Shown: piece after piece, positions 1-8,762 of the stretch | How positions within the stretch are numbered: the stretch's first letter is position 1 | Layout of the letters: the number at the start of each line of letters is the position of its first letter | Program-made: the position numbers and the translations under genes | Notes under the pieces: generated by a model | Seen by the model: only the letters and a program-made list of their open reading frames with translations | Database searches by the model: none | What the model was told of the DNA's origin: nothing | Source of the DNA: Ktedonobacterales bacterium | GTDB lineage: Bacteria > Chloroflexota > Ktedonobacteria > Ktedonobacterales > JADMIN01 | Direction: 5' to 3' | Assembly: GCA_030167145.1 (NCBI GenBank) | Contig: CP126532.1 | Location: forward strand, 3,210,001 to 3,242,000 | DNA: 32,000 nt

Positions 1-54
1 GTTCGCCTAGATAGCAGTGGCGGAAGCCTCTCCCAGCGCGAAAGCGGGCGTCAT

Positions 55-513
55 ATGTACACCACCAAGATTGGGCACGCGCATCTCAAAGTGCGCGACC
101 TCGACCGCTCCATCGTCTTCTATACGCGCTTTCTTGCCCTGCGCGAGACCGAGCGCGTCGCCAACCACTACGCCTTCCTCACCAGTGGCGACCTCCACCA
201 CGAGATCGCCTTGCAGCAGGTCGGCCCAGACGCCCCTGCCCCACCGCAAGGTGGCACGGGCCTCTATCATGTTGCCTTCGAGGCGCCCACACGCCGCGCC
301 TTCGCCGAAGCCTATGCCGCGCTGACCCAGGCGGGCATCTCCGTCGCCCCAGTGGACCATCGTATCAGTTGGGCGATGTACTTCGACGACCCCGATGGCA
401 ACGGCCTCGAAATCTATTGGGATACCCGCGCTGAACCAGACGGCGCAACCCTCTGGCATGGCGTCAATCGCCCACTGCCGTCAGCAGACATCCTGGCGGC
501 GCTGGAAGCCTGA
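55..513 (+). CDS. VOC family protein (glyoxalase / bleomycin-resistance / extradiol dioxygenase fold)
   Basis: 152-aa ORF. Tandem VOC half-domain motifs (HAHLKVRDLDRSIVFY, GLYHVAFE, YFDDPDGNGLEIY). Good GC3 bias. The antisense ORF 7..459 is a shadow. Confidence 0.8.
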   Translation: MYTTKIGHAHLKVRDLDRSIVFYTRFLALRETERVANHYAFLTSGDLHHEIALQQVGPDAPAPPQGGTGLYHVAFEAPTRRAFAEAYAALTQAGISVAPVDHRISWAMYFDDPDGNGLEIYWDTRAEPDGATLWHGVNRPLPSADILAALEA

Positions 514-560
514 GCGCCCAACCATCAGCGCCATAGGCGCACCAGGGAGACCACAACATC

Positions 561-1421
561 ATGGATCTTGACGCCGCCCGTGCCTCGCTCTCAACCGCCG
601 GACTGCCCGCGCTCGTCGCGCAACTCGACACACTGGCGCAGCCGTGCATCCGTCTGGCCAGCCAGCGCGCGGACGAGTCCGCGCTCACCGTTGGCGCCTC
701 CAAACTTGGCGGCCAGCCCGATCTGCTGCCGGGCACAGCCTGGCCGGAGAAGCAAGGCAATCCCATGTCCTTCGTCGCTCAAATCCGGCTCGAACAGGTT
801 CACGCTTTCGATGCCCAGCAGGCGCTACCCGCCGCTGGTATGCTCTCTTTCTTCTACGATGCCCAGCAAAGCGCGTATGGCGCCGAACCAACCGACCGCA
901 ACGGAAGGGCAGTATACTTCACCCAGGGCAATCTCGCCGCGCTCCAGCGCACCCCCTTCCCCGCCGCGCTGCCCGCCGCCGCGCGCTTCTCGCCCTGCGC
1001 GCTCACCATCGCCAGCGACCTCACCTTGCCTGAACAGCCCCAGCTAGAGCTTCCCGCGCTGGCCTGGGACCAGGCGGCGCAGGAACACTACGACGCCGCG
1101 CTCAGCCAGCTTGCCAGCGCCACAGACCGCGCCGCCCCGAAGCATCAACTGCTCGGCTACCCCACCACGCTGCAAGATGACATGCGGCTCCAATGCCAGC
1201 TCGCCGCCAATGGCGTCCGCATCGAAGACGCCGCTTCAGACCCGCGCACGCCCGCGCTCTCATCTGGTGCGCTGCACTGGCGGCTCCTACTGCAAGTGGA
1301 CTCTGATCCTAACGCTGGCATGCGCTGGGCTGACGCCGGTATGCTGTACTACTGGATTGAGCGTGACGCGCTCCAGCGCGCGAACTTCGAGAACGTCTGG
1401 GTTGTCCTGCAATCCGATTAG
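561..1421 (+). CDS. DUF1963 / YwqG family protein
   Basis: 286-aa ORF. Motifs KLGGQPDLLPG..WP, MSFVAQIRL, GMLSFFYD, HQLLGYP and AGMLYYWI are characteristic of the YwqG family as I recall it. Confidence 0.7.
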   Translation: MDLDAARASLSTAGLPALVAQLDTLAQPCIRLASQRADESALTVGASKLGGQPDLLPGTAWPEKQGNPMSFVAQIRLEQVHAFDAQQALPAAGMLSFFYDAQQSAYGAEPTDRNGRAVYFTQGNLAALQRTPFPAALPAAARFSPCALTIASDLTLPEQPQLELPALAWDQAAQEHYDAALSQLASATDRAAPKHQLLGYPTTLQDDMRLQCQLAANGVRIEDAASDPRTPALSSGALHWRLLLQVDSDPNAGMRWADAGMLYYWIERDALQRANFENVWVVLQSD

Positions 1422-1493
1422 GCCCCCTGCGCGATGCCTCACGACGCCGAGATACACGTACAACACTACCTGATGCCGGAGGAACCATCACCC

Positions 1494-2066
1494 ATGCGAA
1501 TGCCACTCATACGCCGCACACCTGCCCATCGGCGCATGCTCTCGCTCGCGGCGCTCGTCGCCGTGCTTGCGCTCGCCGTCAGCGGCTGCTCAGGCTCCGC
1601 CAATAGCGCCAGCGGTTCGCCCTTCCCCACCTCGCACCAGTTCGGCGTGCAGACCAAAACCTCCGGCTGCCAGGCGCACGACGCGCTCCCTGATTCCGAC
1701 TGCACTCCCGGCGCAATTTTCTCAGACGCGACCAAAGACCAGATTTGCCAATCGGGCTATGCCTCATCCGTCCGCAACGTCCCGACCAGCGAGAAGAATC
1801 AGGTCTACGCCGAGTACGGCATCGCCAGCCACACCCCCGGCCAGTATGAAGTAGACCATCTCGTCAGTTTGGAGCTAGGTGGCTCGAACGACATCGCCAA
1901 CCTCTGGCCCGAAGCCGCCAGCCCAACGCCGGGCTTCCACGAGAAAGACAAGGTCGAAAACTACCTGCACGATCAAATGTGCAGCGGCGCCATCTCGCTT
2001 CAGCAGGCCCAAATCGAAATTGCCACCAACTGGCTTCAGGTCTACCAGCAAATGCCGCAATCCTGA
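1494..2066 (+). CDS. Secreted/lipoprotein HNH-motif nuclease-like protein
   Basis: Start moved to ATG 1494, preceded by GGAGGA at about 1478. Signal peptide with lipobox-like LAVSGC. C-terminal YEVDHLVSLELGGSNDIANLWPE is an HNH-type motif. Confidence 0.65.
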   Translation: MRMPLIRRTPAHRRMLSLAALVAVLALAVSGCSGSANSASGSPFPTSHQFGVQTKTSGCQAHDALPDSDCTPGAIFSDATKDQICQSGYASSVRNVPTSEKNQVYAEYGIASHTPGQYEVDHLVSLELGGSNDIANLWPEAASPTPGFHEKDKVENYLHDQMCSGAISLQQAQIEIATNWLQVYQQMPQS

Positions 2067-2086
2067 CCCAATCCCGTTGCATTGAC

Positions 2087-2138
2087 AGACAAGAATGTCT
2101 GTCCTACTGCTGGTGGGGCGGACATTCCTGTCTGCCCG
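2087..2138. terminator. Pair of hairpins between convergent genes (GACAGAC-aagaat-GTCTGTC and GGCGGACA-ttcc-TGTCTGCC)
   Basis: Two related stem-loops, 2087-2106 and 2119-2138, in the convergent gap between the HNH gene and the SDR gene. No strong U tract. Confidence 0.4.
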
Positions 2139-2229
2139 TATATCGTCCCGCCGGCTCTATGGGTGGCGACTATCGAGCGCTCATCCACCCGCCCTATTTC
2201 GTTCTTGATTTCACCCTCGGTTGCCGCGT

Positions 2230-2994
2230 TCACACCGTCTCGCCGCCATCCACCACGATGTGCTCCCCCGTCACGAATGATGACTCGCCCGCGCAGAGCC
2301 ACTGCACCGCACGCGCCACATCCTCCGGCTGCCCCAGTCGCCCCAGCGGAATCCCTGCGGCGATGCGCGCATCGTGCTCCGGGTCCGCGCCTTCGCGCCG
2401 CACGTACATCGGCGTATAGATCGCCCCTGGGCAGACCGCGTTGACGCGAATCCCCTCCTTCGCGTGATCTAGCGCCGCTGCCTTTGTCAGCCCCAGAATC
2501 CCGTGTTTGCTCGCCACATACGCGGGCGTCCCACGTGACCCCACCAGCCCCACCACCGAAGCGTTATTCACGATGGCCCCGCCGCCAGATCGCGCCATCA
2601 GCGGAATCTCATACTTCATGCACAGCCACGTCCCCTTGAGATTCACCCCCAGAATGCGGTCCCACTGCGCCTCCGTGCAGTCCGTCAGCGGTCCATGCTC
2701 TTCGTTGATGCCCGCGTTGTTGAACGCGCAGTCCAGCCGCCCATAGGCCGTTTCCGCAGCGTGAACCATCGCCTCCACCGCTCCCGCATCCGCCACATCC
2801 GTGCGAACGAAGAGCGCCTCACTGCCCTCCGCCGCAATCAGCCGCACCGTCTCGTCGCCGCCCGCCATATCCACATCCGCCACCACCACCCGCGCCCCCT
2901 CGCGCGCGAACGCCACTGCTGCCGCGCGTCCCATGCCCGCGCCGCCGCCCGTCACCAGCGCCACTCTCCCCGCGAATGATCCTGTTCCAGCCAT
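2230..2994 (-). CDS. SDR family oxidoreductase (short-chain dehydrogenase/reductase)
   Basis: TGGGAGMG cofactor motif near the N-terminus, NNAG, and the catalytic YVASKHG (YxxxK). Start chosen at MAGTGSF; the ORF extends to 3027. Confidence 0.85.
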   Translation of the reverse strand: MAGTGSFAGRVALVTGGGAGMGRAAAVAFAREGARVVVADVDMAGGDETVRLIAAEGSEALFVRTDVADAGAVEAMVHAAETAYGRLDCAFNNAGINEEHGPLTDCTEAQWDRILGVNLKGTWLCMKYEIPLMARSGGGAIVNNASVVGLVGSRGTPAYVASKHGILGLTKAAALDHAKEGIRVNAVCPGAIYTPMYVRREGADPEHDARIAAGIPLGRLGQPEDVARAVQWLCAGESSFVTGEHIVVDGGETV

Positions 2995-3087
2995 AGCAGC
3001 GCCCTCCCGTGCTATCGTGGGCCACATCGTGCCCGAACGTGCTGAGCGTATCGCAATGGCGCGACCTGAGCAAGCGCTACGCCGTCA

Positions 3088-3912
3088 TCACAGCGGCGCA
3101 AAGCGTTCGCGCTGGATGCGCGCCGCCGTCGCGCGCTCCTGCGCGCTCCATGCGGCAGGGGTCAGCGTCACGTCGAGGGTTTCGGCCAGCGCGCCATTCA
3201 CCGCAGCGATCACCTCGCGAGCGGCAATCGCGCGACCAGCCAGTTCGTCCAAGCCAGCGGTGGCCGCACGCAGCCGTGGGACGAGCGCCGCGCGGTCAGC
3301 CTCTGCCAGCGTCAGCAGTTCGACGAGCCGCTCTGGTTGCCAGCGCAGATAGACGCCCACCTGATACAGCGTGCCCGCACGGCGGCGCACTTGAGACAGT
3401 CCCACTACTTTGCGCCGCCCCATCACCGTCTCCCACGGCGAGAGCGTGCCGTAGCAGGCCAGTCGAATCGGGTCATCCTTGGCAATCGCTGGCAGCGCGC
3501 GCACCTCGTCGGTCGGCATCGCCCGCGCCTCCGCAATGCCAAGTGCGCGCAGCGCCTTCGCCCACACGTCACCGATCCACTGGTAGCCGCGCACTACATC
3601 ACTGCTGGCCAGCGGATGTCCGGCGGGCAGCGCCACCTCCATGCTCAGCGCCTCGCCGTCCACCAGCACCGCCGTTCCCCCAGAGGTGCGCCGGAAAACC
3701 GGAATGCCCCGTGCGCGACAGGCGGCGAGGTCCGCGACTTCGGGCTTCTGTCCATTACCAAGCACCAGCGTCGGCTGGTGTGTCACATACCAGCGCACGA
3801 CGGGTATCTCTATCTCTGGCAGGCATGCCAGCAGCGCCTCGCTCAGCGCAAGCTGACGCCCCATGCTGGCGCGCGTCGAGGTGAGCAGTCGCCATGCCAC
3901 CGTCTGCGTCAT
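3088..3912 (-). CDS. Biotin/lipoate A/B protein ligase family protein (LplA-like catalytic domain)
   Basis: 274 aa. VVRWYVTHQPTLVLGNGQ and FRRTSGGTAVLVD resemble the LplA/LipB catalytic core. The ATG overlaps the trpA stop (ATGA at 3909-3912). Confidence 0.65.
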   Translation of the reverse strand: MTQTVAWRLLTSTRASMGRQLALSEALLACLPEIEIPVVRWYVTHQPTLVLGNGQKPEVADLAACRARGIPVFRRTSGGTAVLVDGEALSMEVALPAGHPLASSDVVRGYQWIGDVWAKALRALGIAEARAMPTDEVRALPAIAKDDPIRLACYGTLSPWETVMGRRKVVGLSQVRRRAGTLYQVGVYLRWQPERLVELLTLAEADRAALVPRLRAATAGLDELAGRAIAAREVIAAVNGALAETLDVTLTPAAWSAQERATAARIQRERFAPL

Positions 3913-4757
3913 TGCGCTGCCGTATCCTCTGGTGTTTCCTGGCCCGTGCTGGATTGTAGTTCGCGCAAGAAGGCGACGGTGGTAGCAACACGCTTCTCTG
4001 GCGGTGCGGCATCCACCGCGTTGAGCAGCGCGCTGGCGACCACCGCGCCATCGGCGATGCGGCCAATCTCCGCCACGTGCTCAGCCCGCGCCACGCCGAA
4101 GCCCACCGCCAGCGGCAGATCCGTGCGCGCCCGCACCCGCGCCACGAACGCGGCCAGATGTTCGGGTAGCTGCGCCCGCGCGCCCGTCACACCGCTCAGC
4201 GACACGCAATACACGAAGCCGCCGCTCCCTTTGGCGACCCGCGCCACCTGCTCGACTCGCTCATCCGGGCTGGTCGGCGTCACCAGAAAGTTCAGCGCGA
4301 TGCCACGCTGCTCTGCGGCGGTCGCCAGTGGTGCGGCCTCTTCCGGTGGCAGATCGGGCACGATCAGTCCCGCGACGCCAGCGGCGGAAGCATCCTCGCA
4401 GAAGCGCTCGATGCCATAGCTGAAGATGGGATTGTAGTAGGTCATCAGCACCAGCGGCGTCGCAACCTGCGCCGAAACTCGCCCTGCCAGCGCCAGCGCG
4501 CCCGTCAGCGTCATCCCCTGCTCCAGGGCGTGGTGGCTGGCCGTCTGGATCGTCGCGCCATCGGCCAGGGGATCAGAGAAAGGTACGCCAATCTCCAGCA
4601 CATCGGCCCCCGCCTCGCCCAGCGCCACCGCCAGCGCCTCGCTCGTCTCCACATCGGGGTAGCCCGCCATCACATAGGGAATCAGCGCAACACGCCCCTC
4701 AGCTTTGGCACGCGCAAACGCGCCCGCAATAGGGCGCACACGAAGGGTATTAGGCAT
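3909..4757 (-). CDS. trpA: Tryptophan synthase alpha chain
   Basis: 282 aa. LIPYVMAGYPD, LEIGVPFSDPLADG and YCVSLSGVTGAR are classic TrpA motifs. Lies immediately downstream of trpB. Confidence 0.92.
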   Translation of the reverse strand: MPNTLRVRPIAGAFARAKAEGRVALIPYVMAGYPDVETSEALAVALGEAGADVLEIGVPFSDPLADGATIQTASHHALEQGMTLTGALALAGRVSAQVATPLVLMTYYNPIFSYGIERFCEDASAAGVAGLIVPDLPPEEAAPLATAAEQRGIALNFLVTPTSPDERVEQVARVAKGSGGFVYCVSLSGVTGARAQLPEHLAAFVARVRARTDLPLAVGFGVARAEHVAEIGRIADGAVVASALLNAVDAAPPEKRVATTVAFLRELQSSTGQETPEDTAAQ

Positions 4758-4779
4758 ATCGAGTATGGTTCTCCGTTGT

Positions 4780-6075
4780 CTATTCCAATGTCACATCCAA
4801 TGCCTTCGCCACCGTATTGATGTCCTTGTCGCCGCGACCAGAGAGGTTGATCACCACCACCTGCTCCGCCGCCAGTTCGCCGCGCTCGCCCATCGCCAGC
4901 ACCGCTGCCACCGCGTGCGACGATTCCAGCGCGGGAATGATGCCCTCCTCTTCGGAGAGGATGCGAAACGCGCGCAGCGCCTCCTCATCATCGGCGGCAA
5001 CATACGTCGCGCGCCCTGTCGCGCGCAGATAGCTATGCTCCGGCCCAACGCCGGGGTAGTCTAGTCCGGCGGAGATGCTGTGCGTCTCGATCACCTGACC
5101 ATCTGCGTCTTGCAGCAGATAGCTCAGCGCGCCATGCAGCACCCCAGGCCGCCCTGCCACCAGCGTCGCGGAGTGCTTGCCGCTGGCGATGCCGCTGCCA
5201 CCCGCCTCCACGCCGACCAGCCGCACCGATTCATCACCGGCGAACGGATAGAACATGCCGATGCTATTGCTGCCGCCGCCCACGCAGGCCACGACCACAT
5301 CGGGCAGGCGTCCCGCTTCCGCCAGCACCTGCGCCCGCGCCTCGCGCCCGATCACCGATTGAAAGTCGCGCACCATCACCGGATACGGATGCGGGCCGAC
5401 CGCCGAGCCGATCAGGTAGTACGTCGTCGCCACATTCGTCACCCAATCGCGCATCGCCTCGTTGATCGCATCTTTCAGCGTGCGGCTGCCAGCCGTCACC
5501 GGGCGCACCTCCGCGCCCAGCAGCTTCATGCGAAAGACGTTCAGCGATTGCCGGTGAATGTCCTCCTCGCCCATGTAGACGATGCACTCCATGCCCAGCT
5601 TGGCGCAGACCGTCGCCGTCGCCACGCCGTGCTGGCCCGCGCCCGTCTCCGCCAGGATGCGCCGCTTGCCCATCCGCTGTGCCAGCAGCCCCTGCCCCAG
5701 CGCATTGTTGATCTTATGCGCGCCGGTATGCGCCAGATCCTCGCGCTTCAGGTAGACCCGCGCGCCCACCCGCCGCGAGAGCCGTTCGGCGAAATACAGC
5801 GGCGTCGGACGTCCGGTATACACGCGCTCTTGCTCCGCCAGCGCCGCCATAAATGCTGCATCTTGCCGCGCGTTCGCATATGCCGCGTCAAGCTCATCCA
5901 GCGCCGCCATCAGGCTCTCTGGCACGAAGCGCCCGCCGAAGTCGCCGAAGCGCCCGCGCGCGTCGGGATAGCTGCCATGCCGATACGTCGTACCAGTGCC
6001 AGTGCTCGCCTCTTCGCCTTGCGTCTTCTTCTGCGCGTCCGTTGCCGATTGCGCCGCTTTCAGCGATTTCGCCAT
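4780..6075 (-). CDS. trpB: Tryptophan synthase beta chain
   Basis: [13 protein letters not shown], the [19 protein letters not shown]-lysine motif, GGGSNSIG. Start set at MAKSLK (6075); the ORF runs to 6129. About 45 aa of low-complexity N-terminal extension. Confidence 0.92.
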   Translation of the reverse strand: MAKSLKAAQSATDAQKKTQGEEASTGTGTTYRHGSYPDARGRFGDFGGRFVPESLMAALDELDAAYANARQDAAFMAALAEQERVYTGRPTPLYFAERLSRRVGARVYLKREDLAHTGAHKINNALGQGLLAQRMGKRRILAETGAGQHGVATATVCAKLGMECIVYMGEEDIHRQSLNVFRMKLLGAEVRPVTAGSRTLKDAINEAMRDWVTNVATTYYLIGSAVGPHPYPVMVRDFQSVIGREARAQVLAEAGRLPDVVVACVGGGSNSIGMFYPFAGDESVRLVGVEAGGSGIASGKHSATLVAGRPGVLHGALSYLLQDADGQVIETHSISAGLDYPGVGPEHSYLRATGRATYVAADDEEALRAFRILSEEEGIIPALESSHAVAAVLAMGERGELAAEQVVVINLSGRGDKDINTVAKALDVTLE

Positions 6076-6380
6076 AAGAAATATGCTCGCCTCTCTGCTG
6101 ATCACCGTCTCATGTGTGTAGTGTAGCATGCGAAGCGGGAGCCTGGCGCGCCGGAGGATGTGATGCGAAGTCCGGTTCGGCTATCGGCGTTCGCTGTTGC
6201 GGCAGTGAAGGTGCTGGCCCCAGGACGGTGCGGGCTGAAAGCCCGGAATCCACCAATCCACTCAGATCCCCTATCAGACGGCCACGGGAACCAATGGAGG
6301 AGGCATAGGCGTAAATCTGTCCTATGCCCCACATACCTGCCCTATGCACTCACACCTGCACCACGAGTATGGATTCATTT
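6076..6380 (-). promoter_or_regulatory. Long structured 5' leader of trpBA (class unknown)
   Basis: About 300 nt without a convincing CDS between the upstream terminator hairpin and the trpB start. Hairpins at 6302-6328 and 6231-6245, and a direct repeat CTTCGCAT x2. Confidence 0.3.
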
Positions 6381-6406
6381 GCGCAGGCCGTGACACCGGC
6401 CTGCGC
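6381..6406 (-). terminator. Perfect 10-bp hairpin downstream of the BNR-repeat gene
   Basis: GCGCAGGCCG-tgacac-CGGCCTGCGC lies 31 nt after the stop at 6437. No U tract on either strand, so its function as a terminator is inferred. Confidence 0.45.
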
Positions 6407-6436
6407 TGGACCCACGGCGGATGCCGAGGTTCCTCC

Positions 6437-7936
6437 TTATTGGTCGGTGAGTGAACTCGACGTCTGCTGATCGTTGGAGCTGGCGTCGGTTTGGTCACTC
6501 GCCGGAGTGGCGCTGCCCCCCACGCTCAGCCCACCACGCACGGTGAAGATGGCTTCGTCGAACGTGCTCCCCGTGGGCGCACTGGCCACCGCGAACGCGG
6601 GATAGGCCGGAGCGCCCGAGAAGGAAGTGGAGATATAGTCGCCGACCATGCGCCCCTGGGTGGTGTTCGGGAGCCAGGCGAGCGACATCGGCCCAGCCAC
6701 CTGCGCCGTAGTGCTCCAGGTCGCCCCGCCATCGGACGATGTCGAGAACCCGACATCGAGCTGGCAGGTGGCGGCTGTACAGTTGGCGACGGGATAGTAA
6801 TAGTAGGTCAGCACAAGGCGCGCGCCGCTGCCTGCGGTCGAGCGGTCAACGGCGAGGCCAGGGATGAAGTGATCAACCCCACTTCCCTTCGCGTCAACCG
6901 GGATACGCGTGAGCTTGGACCACTTCCGCCCATCGCTGGAGGTGCTCAACACGAGATCGCTAGCCGGACATGACGGCTCGAAATGACAGTCCGACCAGAC
7001 GGCGTAGACCGTGCCCGACGCATCCATTTCAGCGGAGGGCAGCGGGATCGTAGCGCGAATGCCGCCATTGGGGAGACGGAAGGCTACTCGCGCGATGATG
7101 TGGGTATTGCTCCAACTGGCGCCACCATCACCAGAGGTGAAGGACAGCATGAGGAAGTTCCGTCCCGCGAAGCCCACAATCGGAACGATCACGTTCCCGC
7201 TGGGCTGGACGAGCGGCTGCCCACCAATACCGTGGGCGTTGTTACCCGTTGGCAGCGCCCCACCCCAGGTCTCTCCGCCATCGGTGGAGGTGCTCATCTG
7301 GATCAGATCGCCGAGCGTATTATCGTCGAATTCGGTGTAGCAGTTCCCATAGAAGCGGCTGCTAGTCGTATTGTCGCAGACGGTCCAGTTCTTGTCGTTG
7401 AAATGCCCGTCCCGACTCACCACCACGGGATCGCCCCAGGTCAGCCCTCCGTCAGTCGAGCGGCTGACGAGCACATCAACGGGTCCGGCTGGTGTCACAA
7501 TACCCAGGTAGGAGATGAGCCAGACCTTGTCCCTGGCATCGAAGGCAACGACAGGATCACTTGCGCGCGGATATATGCCGGCGGGCGTGGCGAAGACAGT
7601 CGTTGCCGGCAGGAAGCCAGCGGTCCAGCTTCTCCCGCCATTCGTGGAGGTGGCGAACCCAATGTTAGAGGCCCCGCCGTTAAAGAAACGGCCCACCTGG
7701 AACGTGGAGACGATAGTAGAGCCAAAGGCAAAGGTATCCGGCTCAACTTCCGTTCGGTGCTGGCTCGTGCTGTTGGTATACGGGTCGCTGCTCAGTTGGA
7801 GAAGGCGCGGAGCCGCGAAAGCCGGAGCGATTGTTGCGAGGGCCAGGCACACGGCGAGGCCCACTGCGGCAGTGGGCGAGGCTAGCCGGAAGGGGCGCGA
7901 CAATGGGCGCGACAACAGATGAGATAGAGCGGACAT
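6437..7936 (-). CDS. Secreted BNR/Asp-box repeat protein (sialidase / glycoside-hydrolase beta-propeller fold)
   Basis: Six SxDxGxTW-type Asp boxes (STNGGRSW, STDGGLTW, STDGGETW, SGDGGASW, SSDGRKWS, SSDGGATW). Signal peptide ending AFAAP. Start at ATG 7936 with AAGGAAGA as RBS; the ORF runs to 8047. Confidence 0.8.
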   Translation of the reverse strand: MSALSHLLSRPLSRPFRLASPTAAVGLAVCLALATIAPAFAAPRLLQLSSDPYTNSTSQHRTEVEPDTFAFGSTIVSTFQVGRFFNGGASNIGFATSTNGGRSWTAGFLPATTVFATPAGIYPRASDPVVAFDARDKVWLISYLGIVTPAGPVDVLVSRSTDGGLTWGDPVVVSRDGHFNDKNWTVCDNTTSSRFYGNCYTEFDDNTLGDLIQMSTSTDGGETWGGALPTGNNAHGIGGQPLVQPSGNVIVPIVGFAGRNFLMLSFTSGDGGASWSNTHIIARVAFRLPNGGIRATIPLPSAEMDASGTVYAVWSDCHFEPSCPASDLVLSTSSDGRKWSKLTRIPVDAKGSGVDHFIPGLAVDRSTAGSGARLVLTYYYYPVANCTAATCQLDVGFSTSSDGGATWSTTAQVAGPMSLAWLPNTTQGRMVGDYISTSFSGAPAYPAFAVASAPTGSTFDEAIFTVRGGLSVGGSATPASDQTDASSNDQQTSSSLTDQ

Positions 7937-8433
7937 GGCATCTTCCTTTGCTGTGGTGTCTGTACCGAGCGGAGTTGCTGAGCGTCTCAGCACGCACAAG
8001 AAACGGCGATACAGGGACGGCGGACAGGCCCTGGGCAGCCACTGCAACGGCCTGGTTCAGGTTCGTGTACTTCGTGTACACAGAGAAGGAGGGCGGCGCG
8101 CTACGAGGATGACGCATCCGCTATCGGCGGGCCATAGTGGCGATTGCGGCCAATGTCACAGACTACAAAACCTTGGCGCACGGTGAGGAGCGTGCGCTTC
8201 CCAGCTCGTCACAACACTTCTACACTCGAGCTTGCATCCTGCATGACTGAGGAGAGTATACCTGTAGCGCATGTGGAATGCAAGCCCCATGCTTCATATC
8301 TCCCGCAACCTGAATGAAAGTGCGCGGTTAGGTGGTGGCGCCTCACCTGGCATACCTTCAGGACGGAGCCTTCGTCACTGAACGCCTCTATCCACCTGGC
8401 CGGCACGACAGAGGATTCCCAAAAGAGAAGAAA

Positions 8434-8470
8434 GGGTGGGGCTGACAGGATTCGGACCTGCGGCATACGG
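8434..8470 (-). pseudogene. Remnant 3' half of tRNA-Arg(CCU) (att-like direct repeat)
   Basis: 37 nt matching 9095-9131 at 34/37 positions. This is tRNA positions 40-73 plus 3 nt, in the same orientation. The T-loop is degraded (TCCGAAT instead of TTCGAAT), and there is no 5' half. Confidence 0.8.
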
Positions 8471-8471
8471 C

Positions 8472-8762
8472 TCATCGCTTGAAAATGTCGTGCGTACCGA
8501 CAGCGAGCCAGATGATATGCGTTTCACCTTGGATTGGCGACTGGCCAAACTCGAAGAGCGCTCGCCCGTCTCCAGCCCAGCTCATCTCGAAAGCGTTAGG
8601 CCGCCGATGGAAGCGTTTCACCCGCAGACCGGCACGAAAGGGGCGATTAGCCTTCAGGTCCTCCACCAACGCGCGTACACCTGCCTCAAATTGCTTGCGC
8701 TGTCCTGGTGTCAGCAGCGCCAGATCCTTCAGAAACTCCGGCGTGCGCTCATACGTCGGCAT
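8472..8762 (-). CDS. Type II toxin, RelE/ParE superfamily-like
   Basis: 96 aa from ATG 8762. LRVKRFHRRPNAFEMSWAGDGRALFEF....IIWLAVGTHDIF follows the RelE/ParE/HigB-type pattern (K/R-x-L-x-G..., R-x-x-F, G-x-H). The start overlaps the upstream ORF by 14 nt. Confidence 0.6.
   Translation of the reverse strand: MPTYERTPEFLKDLALLTPGQRKQFEAGVRALVEDLKANRPFRAGLRVKRFHRRPNAFEMSWAGDGRALFEFGQSPIQGETHIIWLAVGTHDIFKR

Noticed and set aside
4780-6129. The full-length ORF-track starts taken at face value for trpB, the BNR protein (8047), moaC (11514), rpmE (16264), the sigma factor (20465), argC (26950), argB (28113), the methyltransferase (29918), the 177-aa ORF (23814) and the HNH protein (1434).
   Set aside because: The upstream extensions lack homology to the family N-termini and have junk-like composition. 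Internal ATG or GTG codons are preceded by clear Shine-Dalgarno sequences, so shorter coordinates were used.
6102-6349. A classical trp leader peptide or TRAP-binding (G/U)AG repeats upstream of trpB.
   Set aside because: The Trp-containing uORF is 76 codons with non-adjacent Trp codons, and there is no terminator/antiterminator pair with a U tract. The GAT/GAG spacing pattern covers only about 5 triplets, whereas TRAP needs 9-11 and, as far as I know, is confined to Bacillus relatives. The region is kept only as an unresolved leader.
7937-8433. A hidden gene or integrase pseudogene in the 500-nt gap left of the tRNA remnant.
   Set aside because: All frames are broken into short ORFs with no recombinase-like motifs. 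Only local hairpins were seen: GCGCACG-N8-CGTGCGC at 8176-8197 and GCTTGCAT...ATGCAAGC at 8229-8284. The region is left unannotated.
8209-8475. 88-aa minus-strand ORF starting at the toxin stop and reading through the tRNA remnant.
   Set aside because: Its N-terminus (MSRMPQVRILSAPP) is simply the translation of the tRNA T-arm/acceptor remnant. It has no RBS, poor codon bias and no motif.
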